Positions 1-9,503 of a stretch of DNA of 64,000 nucleotides are shown here, one piece after another. How positions within the stretch are numbered: the first letter of the stretch is position 1; every line of letters starts with the position of its first letter. The DNA is taken from the NCBI GenBank assembly GCA_002390455.1, contig DGPN01000047.1, positions 4,622 to 68,621 on the forward strand, read 5' to 3'. Source of the DNA: Flavobacteriaceae bacterium UBA4439. GTDB taxonomy: Bacteria; Bacteroidota; Bacteroidia; Flavobacteriales; Flavobacteriaceae. The position numbers and the translations under genes are program-made. A model generated the notes under the pieces. The model saw only the letters and a list, made by a program, of their open reading frames with translations, ran no database searches and was not told the origin of the DNA.

Positions 1-1319
1 AAATTATGTCCAATTTCGTGGATGATGACACTGATCATTCCGAATTTTACGGAATCTGAGTAGGATCCGTCCTCATCGGGTCGTCCGTAATTCCAACATA
101 TCATCGGATACTCCATTCCTTGGTTCTTAGCATGAACCGATACGGCCTTAGGATAGGGGTAATCAAAGGTGTGATGGGAATAGGTTTTTAGGGTTTGAAC
201 AACGGCTTTGGTGGAATACTCCTCCCAAAGGGGGTTTCCTTCTTTTGGATAGAGGGACACCGCCATGACATTCTTTCCTCCCAATTTTACAGCCATCATC
301 TCCCAAATGAATTTTCGAGAACTTGCAAAACCAAAGTCCCTAACATTTTCGGCTTTGAATTCCCAGGTTTTTTTCTTTTTAGAAATACTTTTTTCTCTTT
401 CTATGGCTTCCTCCTCCGTGACAATGATTACGGGTTTGTCGAAAGAAGTTTGTGCTTGTCGATACCTTTTGAGTTCCTCACGTGAGAGGACATCTTTTGG
501 GTTTTGCAACTGACCGGTAGCCTCGACCACATGATCGGCTGGAACGGTCAATCTTACGGTATAATCCCCAAAATTGAGTGCAAACTCTCCATTGCCCCAA
601 AACTGGTGATTCTGCCAACCCTCTACATCGTTGTAAACGGCCAATCTGGGAAAGAACTGTGCGATTACGTATGCGCGGTTACCATCCTTAGGAAAATACT
701 CATATCCTGATCGGGCACGATTTTCGATATGATTGTTGACATTATACCACCATTTGATTGAAAATTTAAATTGATCTCCACTTTTCAGAGGCTGGGGTAA
801 GTCCACTCGCATCATGGTCATATTGATGGTGTGTTTTAGAGGGATTCCATTTTCATCCTTAACCCAATCTATATTAAACCCACCATCAAAAGGTTCTTTA
901 AAATATGAATTAACAAAGGTTTCGACGCGAAGAATGGGTTCGGCACCCTCACCGTTTTTTTCCAAAGCTGGTGCATCCTTTTTACGGATATTTTGATCCA
1001 ATTGAACCCACAAATAGCTCAAGTCGTCTGGAGAATTGTTGGTGTAGGTAATTTCTTCCTCACCATATATTTTTTTGTTCTCGTCATCCAATTCTATGTC
1101 CATAACGTAGTCCACCTTTTGCTGGTAATAGTCTCTACCTGGTGCTCCAGAGGCTGTCCTGTAGCTATTGGGGGTGGCCAACTCATCTTTTAGTTGTTTG
1201 AACTTATTGTTATTGGAATGGCCAACAGTGGGCAGGGAGTCACTCTGGGCATGAGCATCCAAAGAAAACTGCAAAAACAAAAAAGAAAAGAGAAGAAGTT
1301 TTAGTTTGATGATTTTCAT
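1..1319 (-). CDS. M1-family zinc metallopeptidase, N-terminal ~439 codons (the rest lies beyond the window edge)
   Basis: Absent from the ORF track because there is no stop in the window. My translation from ATG 1319..1317 gives the signal-like MKIIKLKLLLFSFLFLQFSLDAHAQ... and stays open to position 1, ending ...MISVIIHEIGHNF (HExxH zinc motif at 38..1). The + strand ORFs at 195..1193 are short antisense ORFs. Confidence 0.8.
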   Translation of the reverse strand, partial: MKIIKLKLLLFSFLFLQFSLDAHAQSDSLPTVGHSNNNKFKQLKDELATPNSYRTASGAPGRDYYQQKVDYVMDIELDDENKKIYGEEEITYTNNSPDDLSYLWVQLDQNIRKKDAPALEKNGEGAEPILRVETFVNSYFKEPFDGGFNIDWVKDENGIPLKHTINMTMMRVDLPQPLKSGDQFKFSIKWWYNVNNHIENRARSGYEYFPKDGNRAYVIAQFFPRLAVYNDVEGWQNHQFWGNGEFALNFGDYTVRLTVPADHVVEATGQLQNPKDVLSREELKRYRQAQTSFDKPVIIVTEEEAIEREKSISKKKKTWEFKAENVRDFGFASSRKFIWEMMAVKLGGKNVMAVSLYPKEGNPLWEEYSTKAVVQTLKTYSHHTFDYPYPKAVSVHAKNQGMEYPMICWNYGRPDEDGSYSDSVKFGMISVIIHEIGHN

Positions 1320-1369
1320 AAGATCGGTTTTTAAGTTGGGAATTTTATTGCAATTTATGATTTAATCTT

Positions 1370-1882
1370 TTAATTATTCAAATTCAAAAAGTCCTTTGGA
1401 ATTTCGAAAACGGATTTGGAGGAAACCGCCAAAAAACTTTTTCGTTTGGAATCGAGTTTGAGGTGAATGATGTTTTTTTGATCTGGAAGATAATCAAAGA
1501 AAATGGTGTTTTCAATACTCAATGGAGGCGCAATAGAATCCAATTGAAGTTCCATATAGGCCACCAAAACATCACTTTTGTAAACTTTACCTAAGAAATC
1601 AAAATCCATGATTTTACCATGGGCCATAAATGTGATATTTTTTCGGAAGTATTCTTCTACCAAACTGTCTATTTCTCCTTGGTCAACCTCTGGTGACAAT
1701 CGGGTTTTATCATTTCCATTTTGTCGAAGAACTGCCTCAAAATCGTCAAGGAAAACCTGTGTGGTGATTTGTAGCGATTTTTCGTCAGGCACAAACCTAA
1801 CCGAAGTGGTAGAAACATAAAAATTGTGGAAGGAAACCGCTGTGAAAAGACAGTAAAAAAAACCTAAAACCAACTTGGTCAT
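1370..1882 (-). CDS. Hypothetical secreted protein, DUF6702-like
   Basis: 170-aa ORF with an N-terminal hydrophobic signal and the motif HNFYVSTTSVRF...LQITTQVFLDDFE. It overlaps the upstream ORF by 4 nt (operon-like). The family assignment is from memory only. Confidence 0.55.
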   Translation of the reverse strand: MTKLVLGFFYCLFTAVSFHNFYVSTTSVRFVPDEKSLQITTQVFLDDFEAVLRQNGNDKTRLSPEVDQGEIDSLVEEYFRKNITFMAHGKIMDFDFLGKVYKSDVLVAYMELQLDSIAPPLSIENTIFFDYLPDQKNIIHLKLDSKRKSFLAVSSKSVFEIPKDFLNLNN

Positions 1883-2607
1883 TTTGCATTTAATTTATCA
1901 CGATAGATTTGGCTTTCAGAAATCAAATAGTCAATCAACTGAAATTGCTGACCTGTTTTGAGTAACTTTTTGGAGGGTAAACTTTTGTCAATATGTTCCA
2001 AAAAACCAATGACTTGATCGTTTTTCAGGGAGAGGTCGTTAATAAAAAAATCATCGCTAAAGACATAAGTCAGAATTTCACTGGGTTTTAATTTTTGTTT
2101 TTCTTCCTCTGTTTTGTTGCCGACCGCTTTGGCGATCAATTTTGCTATGTTAATAATGTTTAGGCCGTTTCGCAGTTGTCCTTGAGTAACGATGGTATTC
2201 TCCAGTTCTGTAGATTTGTCTCTATTGTAGTCAAAGCCTTTAAATTCTTCTTCCTTGAGGTCGAGAAACTTTTCGGTGTTTTCTGGGGTGACCACTACCT
2301 CTTCAAGTGCATTTATTTTTTCATTGACCGTAATGATCAATCTATTTTTTTTTAAAATTTCAGGGGTTATTTTCACAGTTCTGATCAGGTATTGAACAGA
2401 GGAAAAAACGACCTCATCGCCCAAAGCTACCTCAATCTCGAATCCTCCTTCTCCATCAGTAATGGTGTTGAGTTGGGCGGTATTGTTTACCACATTGGCG
2501 GCTACCACATTGCGGTTGCGATAGATCAACTGTCCCTTAATCAGTTTTCGCTGTTGACCCAAAAGCATTATGGGCAGTAGAAAAAAAAGTAAGTGGATTT
2601 TTTTCAT
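1879..2607 (-). CDS. Carboxypeptidase-regulatory-like (CarboxypepD_reg) domain protein
   Basis: 242-aa ORF with a signal peptide (MKKIHLLFFLLPIMLLGQQ), then GQLIYRNRNVVAANVVNNTAQLNTITDGEGGFEIEVALGDEVVFSSVQY, typical of the CarboxypepD_reg beta-sandwich. Confidence 0.6.
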   Translation of the reverse strand: MKKIHLLFFLLPIMLLGQQRKLIKGQLIYRNRNVVAANVVNNTAQLNTITDGEGGFEIEVALGDEVVFSSVQYLIRTVKITPEILKKNRLIITVNEKINALEEVVVTPENTEKFLDLKEEEFKGFDYNRDKSTELENTIVTQGQLRNGLNIINIAKLIAKAVGNKTEEEKQKLKPSEILTYVFSDDFFINDLSLKNDQVIGFLEHIDKSLPSKKLLKTGQQFQLIDYLISESQIYRDKLNAK

Positions 2608-2788
2608 TCTTTAAAGATAACAAGCTAATTTATTCAAATGATCATAAATAGCGTTAAAATTAGGCATCGATGACTTTACCTTTTTTAGACTCCAAGAAAA
2701 TGATGTAATTTTATATTGATTCTGAGTGTGGAAATCAAAAATTCACCCTTCTGAAGTAACGCCTTAATAGATCAATAGTTTATTGATT

Positions 2789-3508
2789 ATGAATCGACTA
2801 GAGTTTATCAATACGGGCTTGGCCATAGTGGGCTTAAGCCACTTTGAATCTGATATAAGCATGAAAACTGATCCACAATTACTCATTGGTAAGGGAAGTC
2901 CAAAGCTTGTGGGAAAAAATTACGCTTTGCTACCCGAGGCCGACAAAGCCTTTCGGGAAATGTCGGCAGCAGCCCAAAAGCAGGGTATCACTCTGAAAGT
3001 GGTTTCCTCCTACCGCTCTTTTGAAAAACAAAAAAGTATTTGGAATAGGAAATTTTTACGATTTAAAAACGAAGGCATGAGTGATGGAGCAGCAATAGCA
3101 AAAATCATTGAATACTCAACCCTTCCTGGTACTTCACGCCATCATTGGGGTACGGATCTTGACATCATAGATGCAGGACCAGCAGAGGAAGGTGATGTCT
3201 TGCTTACTGAAAAATTTCACGGCAACGGACCCTACAATACTTTGAGAGAATGGATGGAAATGTATGCCCAAGATTATGGTTTTTTATTGCCCTATACCAA
3301 AGATGAGCTTCGAAGCGGTTTTAAATATGAACCTTGGCATTATAGCTATGCTCCCAAATCCATACCGATGTTAATGCAGTATCTCGAACTTGACCACAAG
3401 GAATTGATCTACTCCAGTGATCTGAACGGTAGAAGCGGGTTGGATCAAGAGTTTTTGGCATCCTACATCAAGAGTCATGTCATGGGCATCAATCCTTCTT
3501 TGCTATGA
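2789..3508 (+). CDS. M15-family D-alanyl-D-alanine carboxypeptidase (VanY-like)
   Basis: SYRSFEKQ, SRHHWGTDLDI and EPWHYSY match the M15B zinc-peptidase signature. The ORF track starts at TTG 2783; the first ATG is at 2789. Confidence 0.8.
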   Translation: MNRLEFINTGLAIVGLSHFESDISMKTDPQLLIGKGSPKLVGKNYALLPEADKAFREMSAAAQKQGITLKVVSSYRSFEKQKSIWNRKFLRFKNEGMSDGAAIAKIIEYSTLPGTSRHHWGTDLDIIDAGPAEEGDVLLTEKFHGNGPYNTLREWMEMYAQDYGFLLPYTKDELRSGFKYEPWHYSYAPKSIPMLMQYLELDHKELIYSSDLNGRSGLDQEFLASYIKSHVMGINPSLL

Positions 3509-3509
3509 C

Positions 3510-4271
3510 TTATCTAATAAATACAGGTGCTAAAGGAGATTCGGTATGTTCCTCGCTGTAGGCATACCCACCATAATCAAAACGCAGTAGTGAATCGGCT
3601 GTAGGGTTTTCTTGATCCAGCAGATAACGCACCATCATTCCTCTGGCCTTTTTGGCATAGAAAGAAATCATTTTTAAGGTGCCATTTTTGTAATCCTTAA
3701 ACTGAGGGGTTATGACTGCTGTATTAAGTACTTTGGCATCTATAGCAGAAAAGTATTCGTTACTGGCCAAATTCACAAATAATTCGTTTTCCTCTACTTC
3801 GTCATTAATGAAAGTAGTTATTTTTTGCTTCCAAAAATCGTACAGATTTTTGTTTTTACCAATTGGGAATTTAGTCCCCATCTCCAGACGATACGGTTGG
3901 ATCAGATCCAATGGCTTTAGAACCCCATAGAGCCCCGAAAGGATGCGGAGACTGTTTTGAAGGGTTTTTATTTTTTCCGTGGGAAGGGTGTAAACATCCA
4001 ATCCAGAATAAACATCACCATCAAAAGTATAAACTGCTGGCCGGGCATTCTCTTTATTGAAAGGTGTTTTGAAATTTTGATTTCTTTCCCAGTTCAGGTT
4101 TCCGAGTTTTTCAGAAATTTTCATCATTTGTGAAAGTTCACTGGGATTTTTCTGTTTTAGCAATTCGTTGATGCGGTTGGCCTCTGCCAGAAAACAAGGA
4201 TTTGAATGATGTTCGGTAGGCAAATTGGACTCAAAATTGAGTGATTTTGCCGGGGAAATGACCATTTTCAT
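3510..4271 (-). CDS. yaaA: Peroxide stress protein YaaA (UPF0246)
   Basis: Internal start MKMVISPAKSLNFES... is the canonical YaaA N-terminus. The 39-codon upstream extension of the ORF would overlap rluD. Confidence 0.8.
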   Translation of the reverse strand: MKMVISPAKSLNFESNLPTEHHSNPCFLAEANRINELLKQKNPSELSQMMKISEKLGNLNWERNQNFKTPFNKENARPAVYTFDGDVYSGLDVYTLPTEKIKTLQNSLRILSGLYGVLKPLDLIQPYRLEMGTKFPIGKNKNLYDFWKQKITTFINDEVEENELFVNLASNEYFSAIDAKVLNTAVITPQFKDYKNGTLKMISFYAKKARGMMVRYLLDQENPTADSLLRFDYGGYAYSEEHTESPLAPVFIR

Positions 4272-4347
4272 ATTCGACTTTTTTTCAAATTTATAAGGAA
4301 TTCGCTTGAAAACCAATTCAAAAGAATTGTCTGGACTGATAAAAGGA

Positions 4348-5388
4348 TCAGAATTGCTTATGCTGGGCGTAATTCCTCCATTTATCAATGGTTGTTTTCA
4401 TGTCTTGGGGTAAGGGGGCCTCAAAATCCATCCATTTTTTTTGAGAGGGGTGCTCAAACCCCAAGTTTTTGGCGTGAAGCGCTTGCCTTGGCAAAAGGGT
4501 AAAACAATTTTGAACAAATTGTCTGTACTTGGTAAAGGTCGTTCCCTTGAGTATGTTATCCCCCCCATAACGGGCATCATTGAATAAAGTATGACCGATG
4601 GATTTCATATGGGCACGAATCTGGTGGGTTCTGCCCGTTTCCAATCGGCATTCTATGAGGGTAACATAGCCCAGCCTTTCGATTACACTATAGTGGGTAA
4701 TGGCCATTTTTCCTGAACTGGCATCGGGGAAAACAGTCATTTGTAGTCGGTTTTGGGGGTGCCTGCCAATGTGTCCCTCTATGGTTCCTTCATCTTCTTT
4801 GACATCTCCCCAAACCAAAGCCACGTACTTTCTCGAGGAAGTTTTGTCTTGAAATTGTTTGGAAAGATTGGCCATGGACGATTCGGTTTTGGCGACGACC
4901 AACAGTCCACTGGTATCTTTGTCAATCCGATGTACCAAACCTGGCCTATTACTTGAATTCATTGGTAATTGCTCGAAATGATACAACAAACCGTTGATCA
5001 AGGTTCCGGTATAATTTCCATGTCCAGGGTGAACTACCATTCCCGCTTTTTTGTTGACCACAATCAGATCGTCGTCTTCAAATTCAATGTCCAAATCAAT
5101 GGCCTCTGGAATCAATAAATTTTCATGAGGAGGATAGGAAAAAACCACTTTGACATGATCACCCCCTTTGACCTTGTAATTGGATTTGACGGAAGTATCA
5201 TTGACTTTTATGGCTCCAGATTTTGCGGCTTGCTGAATTTTATTTCGGGTGGCGTTTTCGACCCGATTCATAAGGTACTTGTCAACCCGCAAAGGCTCTT
5301 GCCCTAGGTCGGCATGAAATGCGTAATGTTCATACAGTTGATCGTCGGTAATTTCAGTCCCGACAATCGGTTTAGTTTCTTTTCCCAT
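4348..5388 (-). CDS. rluD: RluA/RluD-family 23S rRNA pseudouridine synthase
   Basis: S4-like N-terminal region plus the catalytic HRIDKDTSGLLVVAK motif; 346 aa. Confidence 0.85.
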   Translation of the reverse strand: MGKETKPIVGTEITDDQLYEHYAFHADLGQEPLRVDKYLMNRVENATRNKIQQAAKSGAIKVNDTSVKSNYKVKGGDHVKVVFSYPPHENLLIPEAIDLDIEFEDDDLIVVNKKAGMVVHPGHGNYTGTLINGLLYHFEQLPMNSSNRPGLVHRIDKDTSGLLVVAKTESSMANLSKQFQDKTSSRKYVALVWGDVKEDEGTIEGHIGRHPQNRLQMTVFPDASSGKMAITHYSVIERLGYVTLIECRLETGRTHQIRAHMKSIGHTLFNDARYGGDNILKGTTFTKYRQFVQNCFTLLPRQALHAKNLGFEHPSQKKWMDFEAPLPQDMKTTIDKWRNYAQHKQF

Positions 5389-5926
5389 TTCCTAAAACCA
5401 AATCTATTGCTGCTGTTTTCTGCAGTAATGTTCCCGCTTCGAGCGGTTCGCCTCTGTAACGCATTTCCAAAACCATATTCTTACCTATATTGTCTCTATA
5501 ACTGATTTCTCCTATGGAAAACCCTACCGATAACAAAGTGACTTCTGCATTTCTTCGGGTGATCTGAACTACATCGGGGACGCTGATTCTCCTATAGCTA
5601 GAGGGATTTAAAGTGACATAGATCATTCGGTTTTTCTTTACCATTTGTCCAGAACTTGGCTGATGCTCTATAACGCTAAGCGGCGGCAAATTGGGAGTGA
5701 ATTTTGAAGAATCAATGATTTCGTACCTGAGGTTTTTATCCGCTGTGATTTGGGGTAAATTGATCAAGGAAATGCCCTTTAGATCCGGCACTATTTGATG
5801 TTTATCGTGTAAGGTAAAGTGTTTTAAAAAGCTAAGCGTTAGATAAACAAACAACAAGGTCGCCAAAAAAGCAAGAATGAATTGGACGAGCAATGTTTTA
5901 CTGATAAGAAATTTTAAAAAGTTCAT
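5372..5926 (-). CDS. PASTA domain-containing membrane protein
   Basis: 184 aa with an N-terminal TM helix (LLVQFILAFLATLLFVYLTL) followed by PASTA-like segments (VPDLKG..., VPDVVQITRRNAEVTLLSVGFSIG). It sits between rluD and ddl. Confidence 0.6.
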   Translation of the reverse strand: MNFLKFLISKTLLVQFILAFLATLLFVYLTLSFLKHFTLHDKHQIVPDLKGISLINLPQITADKNLRYEIIDSSKFTPNLPPLSVIEHQPSSGQMVKKNRMIYVTLNPSSYRRISVPDVVQITRRNAEVTLLSVGFSIGEISYRDNIGKNMVLEMRYRGEPLEAGTLLQKTAAIDLVLGNGKRN

Positions 5927-6009
5927 TGTCTAATAACTTTCCCAAAGATAATAAATCAATGCGCTTAAGGATTAATTTTAAATGCAATACCTTTGTTAAA
6001 AGCTATTTG

Positions 6010-6999
6010 ATGAGTAAGAAGGTAGTGGGAATCGCCATGGGAGGATATTCCTCCGAACGAGAAATCTCTCTTGAAAGCGGAAACACAGTATATCAAGTTA
6101 TGTCGCCATCTCATTGGGACTGCTTTAAAATAGTAGTTGATAAAAGCCAATGGACAGTAATCGATTCACAAGAAAACCACTACCCTCTTGACCCGAAAAA
6201 TTTCACATTCAAAAGGGATGGCAAAACGGTTCATTTTGATGTAGTATTCAATGCCATTCACGGAACTCCAGGAGAGGATGGACAGTTGGCCGAAATTTTG
6301 GAGCAACTTCAAATCCCCCATACCAGCTGTGATCAAAAGACAGCAGCCCTGACTTTTAACAAACGAGATTGCCTGGAAAAGGTCAAAGAGTGGGAGATTC
6401 CAGTGGCAAAGTCATTCATTTTTGATCTAGGAGATCCTTTGGACATTAACGCCATAGCGAAGAAGGTAGGTCTGCCCTGTTTTGTCAAACCCAATCGATC
6501 TGGAAGCAGTTATGGAATCGTAAAAGTATATGAAAAACAAGACCTGAATGAAGCCATCGCTACCGCTTTGAAAGAAGACAATCAGTTGATCATAGAAGCA
6601 GCTTTGGTCGGAACAGAAATCTCTGTAGGAGCTTATGGAATCGATGGTGAAGTCATGATATTGCCCATTACCGAGATCATCTCTGAAAACGATTTTTTTG
6701 ACTATGATGCAAAATACAACGGAAAATCTCAGGAGATCACCCCGGCGCGACTGGATGCAAACACCGTTGAAGAAGTGCATAATAATGTAAAAAAACTATA
6801 TCGACAATTGGGACTCAGCGGGGTATGTAGGAGTGAATTTATTATTGAAGGGGGAACACCCCATTTGTTGGAGGTCAATACGATCCCTGGTTTGACCGCC
6901 GCCAGTCTTATCCCACAACAAGTTAGTGCTGCAGGAATTGAATTGTCAGACTTTTTCGAATCATTGCTGACAGAGGCAATGAAAAAACCACTAATTTAG
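6010..6999 (+). CDS. ddl: D-alanine--D-alanine ligase
   Basis: MSKKVVGIAMGGYSSEREISLESG..., HGTPGEDGQLAEILE, ATP-grasp region, LEVNTIPGLT. The start was moved to the internal ATG at 6010, the canonical Ddl N-terminus. Confidence 0.9.
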   Translation: MSKKVVGIAMGGYSSEREISLESGNTVYQVMSPSHWDCFKIVVDKSQWTVIDSQENHYPLDPKNFTFKRDGKTVHFDVVFNAIHGTPGEDGQLAEILEQLQIPHTSCDQKTAALTFNKRDCLEKVKEWEIPVAKSFIFDLGDPLDINAIAKKVGLPCFVKPNRSGSSYGIVKVYEKQDLNEAIATALKEDNQLIIEAALVGTEISVGAYGIDGEVMILPITEIISENDFFDYDAKYNGKSQEITPARLDANTVEEVHNNVKKLYRQLGLSGVCRSEFIIEGGTPHLLEVNTIPGLTAASLIPQQVSAAGIELSDFFESLLTEAMKKPLI

Positions 7000-7003
7000 T
7001 GGG

Positions 7004-7456
7004 ATGAAACGTGCTGTTTTTCCCGGTTCCTTTGATCCCATTACCTTGGGACATCTGGACATCATCCAGCGGAGTATTCCCCTTTTTGATGAGATCATCA
7101 TTGGGGTGGGTACCAACTCCGATAAAAAATACATGTTTCCTCTGGACAAGAGAATGACTTTTATTAAAGATACTTTTGCCGAGTTCAAAAGCATTTCCGT
7201 GACCCAGTACGAGGGATTGACCATTGAATTTTGCAAAAAAGTTCAAGCCGATTTTATCATTAGAGGATTGAGAAACCCCGCAGATTTTGAATTTGAAAAG
7301 GCTATTGCCCACACCAATAGAAAGTTGTCTGGTATCGAAACGGTTTTTCTTCTCACCGCAGCCAAAACCTCTTTTATCAGCAGCAGTATTGTCAGAGAGA
7401 TCATTTCCAACCAAGGGGATTACACCCAACTGGTACCTGCCACGGTGAAGATTTAA
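7004..7456 (+). CDS. coaD: Phosphopantetheine adenylyltransferase
   Basis: 150 aa with the signature FPGSFDPITLGHLDII. Confidence 0.9.
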   Translation: MKRAVFPGSFDPITLGHLDIIQRSIPLFDEIIIGVGTNSDKKYMFPLDKRMTFIKDTFAEFKSISVTQYEGLTIEFCKKVQADFIIRGLRNPADFEFEKAIAHTNRKLSGIETVFLLTAAKTSFISSSIVREIISNQGDYTQLVPATVKI

Positions 7457-7457
7457 T

Positions 7458-8060
7458 TTAGATCAACTCAACTTCTTCCAAAAGTATTTTGATATTATGG
7501 TAGGCATTTTTCATTAAATCGGGAATTTCTTCCTTGGTTTTCCATTCAGCCTTTACAATACCCTCATCCAATTGAGGTTCCAAAACACCATTGTAGGAAG
7601 TGGTCATCAAATACCAGTAGGTTTTCTTCAATTTATATTTACCATTCCTCGAAAAAAGATGAAAGGTATGGTTGAGGTTCTTTTTGACGATCAAATCCTT
7701 TACTCCCGTTTCCTCCATCACCTCTCTTACTGCTCCGTCAATTAAAATCTCTTTTTTTTCCACCCTACCCTTGGGCAGGTCCCATTTTTCATTCCTGTAG
7801 ATGAATAAAACCTTACCGCTTTGATGTTCAACAAGACCTCCTGCAGCCTCGACCAAAGAGAATATTTTTAACAGCTTTTTCCACAACTTGTCCTCCTTAG
7901 CATGATATAAATAAATGGCCTTCGTTTTTTTGGATTTCAAAGCAGAAATAATCTGTTTTTGGTCACTATATTTAATATAGAATAAAGGCGTTTCATCGTC
8001 GTGATCAACTATTTTTGTGGTCAGTAAAACAACCTTTCTATTGAAAAAAACTTTATACAT
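7458..8060 (-). CDS. NUDIX hydrolase
   Basis: Nudix box GKWDLPKGRVEKKEILIDGAVREVMEETGV. The start is chosen at MYKVFFNRK (8060); the longer ORF start at 8093 would overlap pyrE. Confidence 0.75.
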   Translation of the reverse strand: MYKVFFNRKVVLLTTKIVDHDDETPLFYIKYSDQKQIISALKSKKTKAIYLYHAKEDKLWKKLLKIFSLVEAAGGLVEHQSGKVLFIYRNEKWDLPKGRVEKKEILIDGAVREVMEETGVKDLIVKKNLNHTFHLFSRNGKYKLKKTYWYLMTTSYNGVLEPQLDEGIVKAEWKTKEEIPDLMKNAYHNIKILLEEVELI

Positions 8061-8066
8061 TTGCTT

Positions 8067-8711
8067 ATGATTTATAATCAAGAGACGGCACATAAGACCG
8101 CTAAATCCCTACTGCAAATTAATGCAATAAAATTGAATCCAAAAAATCCTTTTACTTGGGCCAGTGGTTGGAAGTCACCCATTTACTGTGACAATAGGAT
8201 TGCACTTTCTCATCCTAAAACAAGAAGTTTTTTGGCTCAAAAAATAGCCGAACAAGCCCAAGAAATTTACGGTGAGGGATATGTGGTGGCAGGAGTGGCT
8301 ACTGGAGCGATTGGAATAGGGATGTTGGTCGCTGATGTTCTCAATGCTCCATTTGTCTATGTCAGGCCAGAGCCTAAATCTCACGGAAGACAAAATCAAA
8401 TTGAAGGTCAGCTGGATCGTAACCAAAAGGTATTGGTCATCGAGGATTTGATCTCTACGGGAAAAAGCAGTCTCAATGCGGTAAGAGCACTCAAAAAAGA
8501 AGGGATTGAGGTCTTGGGTATGTTGGGGCTATTCGATTATGGGTTTGATTTGGCTGTGGAGAATTTCAAAGCCGAAAACATCCAACTCCACACTTTGAGT
8601 GATTATGATCATTTGATTACTGAAGCCGAAAAATCCAATTATATCGAAGCTCAGGAAATTTCAGTGCTTAAATCCTGGAGGCGCTCTCCTTCCGAATGGC
8701 AACCCGCTTAG
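8067..8711 (+). CDS. pyrE: Orotate phosphoribosyltransferase
   Basis: FTWASGWKSPIYCDNR and the PRPP-binding loop VLVIEDLISTGKS. The ORF track starts at TTG 8061; the first ATG is at 8067. Confidence 0.9.
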   Translation: MIYNQETAHKTAKSLLQINAIKLNPKNPFTWASGWKSPIYCDNRIALSHPKTRSFLAQKIAEQAQEIYGEGYVVAGVATGAIGIGMLVADVLNAPFVYVRPEPKSHGRQNQIEGQLDRNQKVLVIEDLISTGKSSLNAVRALKKEGIEVLGMLGLFDYGFDLAVENFKAENIQLHTLSDYDHLITEAEKSNYIEAQEISVLKSWRRSPSEWQPA

Positions 8712-9445
8712 AATATTATTTTAATGGCCCCATGGGGATAGTTGAGGACTTCTCCCGAAGTTTTTTGAATGATTAACAAGCCTTTGTCAGTAATGCCTTT
8801 GATGACTCCTTGGAATTTTTCTTTTTGGTCTTCAAACGTAGATATTTTTCCTTTTCGAAAAAGCATGGCTTCGTATTCCAATTTTAATGCTGGCAAACTG
8901 TCGGCAGACAGCCTATTGAAATAGCCCTCCAAAGCGGATAAAATCCGGTTGAGAACCTGGTCAATTTCTAGTTTAACTCCTGTTTTTAGAAACAGAGAAC
9001 TCGCATGGGGAAGTCCTTCAAAACGCTCTTGATTGATGTTGATCCCAATGCCGATGATGGAGCCATTAATCCGGTTTCCTTTGACCATGTTTTCAATCAA
9101 AACTCCTCCAATTTTATTATTACCTGACAAAATGTCGTTGGGCCATTTTAACATAAATTCAATGTTCGCAATCTCAGACAGTGCCTTTGTGACCGCCAAA
9201 GTTACCGCACAATTGATGGTAAAAGCGTTTTCCAGGGTCAGCTTGGGAAAAAGCTTAAACAGGCTGAAGGTTAGGTTTTTCATGGGTTCGGTTTGCCAAA
9301 GCTTATCCCTTTGCCCCCTCCCTTGGGTTTGGTTTCTCACCCACACCACATCTCCGTCGGAGCAATCCCCCTCCATATACTTATTCTTTAGCCAGTCGTT
9401 TGAGGAGGCTGTGGCATCAAGTTTGATTGTATTGAAATAGCTCAT
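8708..9445 (-). CDS. birA: Biotin--[acetyl-CoA-carboxylase] ligase (no N-terminal HTH)
   Basis: GRGQRDKLWQT (GRGRxGRxW-type biotin-binding loop) and KWPNDI; 245 aa, the size of a group I BPL. Confidence 0.8.
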   Translation of the reverse strand: MSYFNTIKLDATASSNDWLKNKYMEGDCSDGDVVWVRNQTQGRGQRDKLWQTEPMKNLTFSLFKLFPKLTLENAFTINCAVTLAVTKALSEIANIEFMLKWPNDILSGNNKIGGVLIENMVKGNRINGSIIGIGININQERFEGLPHASSLFLKTGVKLEIDQVLNRILSALEGYFNRLSADSLPALKLEYEAMLFRKGKISTFEDQKEKFQGVIKGITDKGLLIIQKTSGEVLNYPHGAIKIIF

Positions 9446-9503
9446 GGTTTAGAACGCTATGAATATAAAATGTAATAAATTTGTGTAAAACTAAAATTTT
9501 TTA

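Noticed and set aside
195-1193. Five short + strand ORFs (60-96 aa) at the left edge.
   Set aside because: The minus strand carries one continuous open frame with a signal peptide and an HExxH motif (the M1 peptidase). The + strand ORFs are antisense artefacts.
4272-4388. N-terminal extensions of track ORFs, here yaaA. The same applies to ddl (5926..6009), rsgA (23349..23399), nqrC (35928..35957), metH (53436..53486), OsmC (56025..56093) and hppA (60493..60534).
   Set aside because: The internal ATGs reproduce canonical family N-termini and remove implausible overlaps with neighbouring genes. The extensions are probably untranslated.
6923-7429. 168-aa and 81-aa minus-strand ORFs overlapping coaD.
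   Set aside because: coaD on the + strand has the unmistakable FPGSFDPITLGH signature. The antisense ORFs have no recognisable features.
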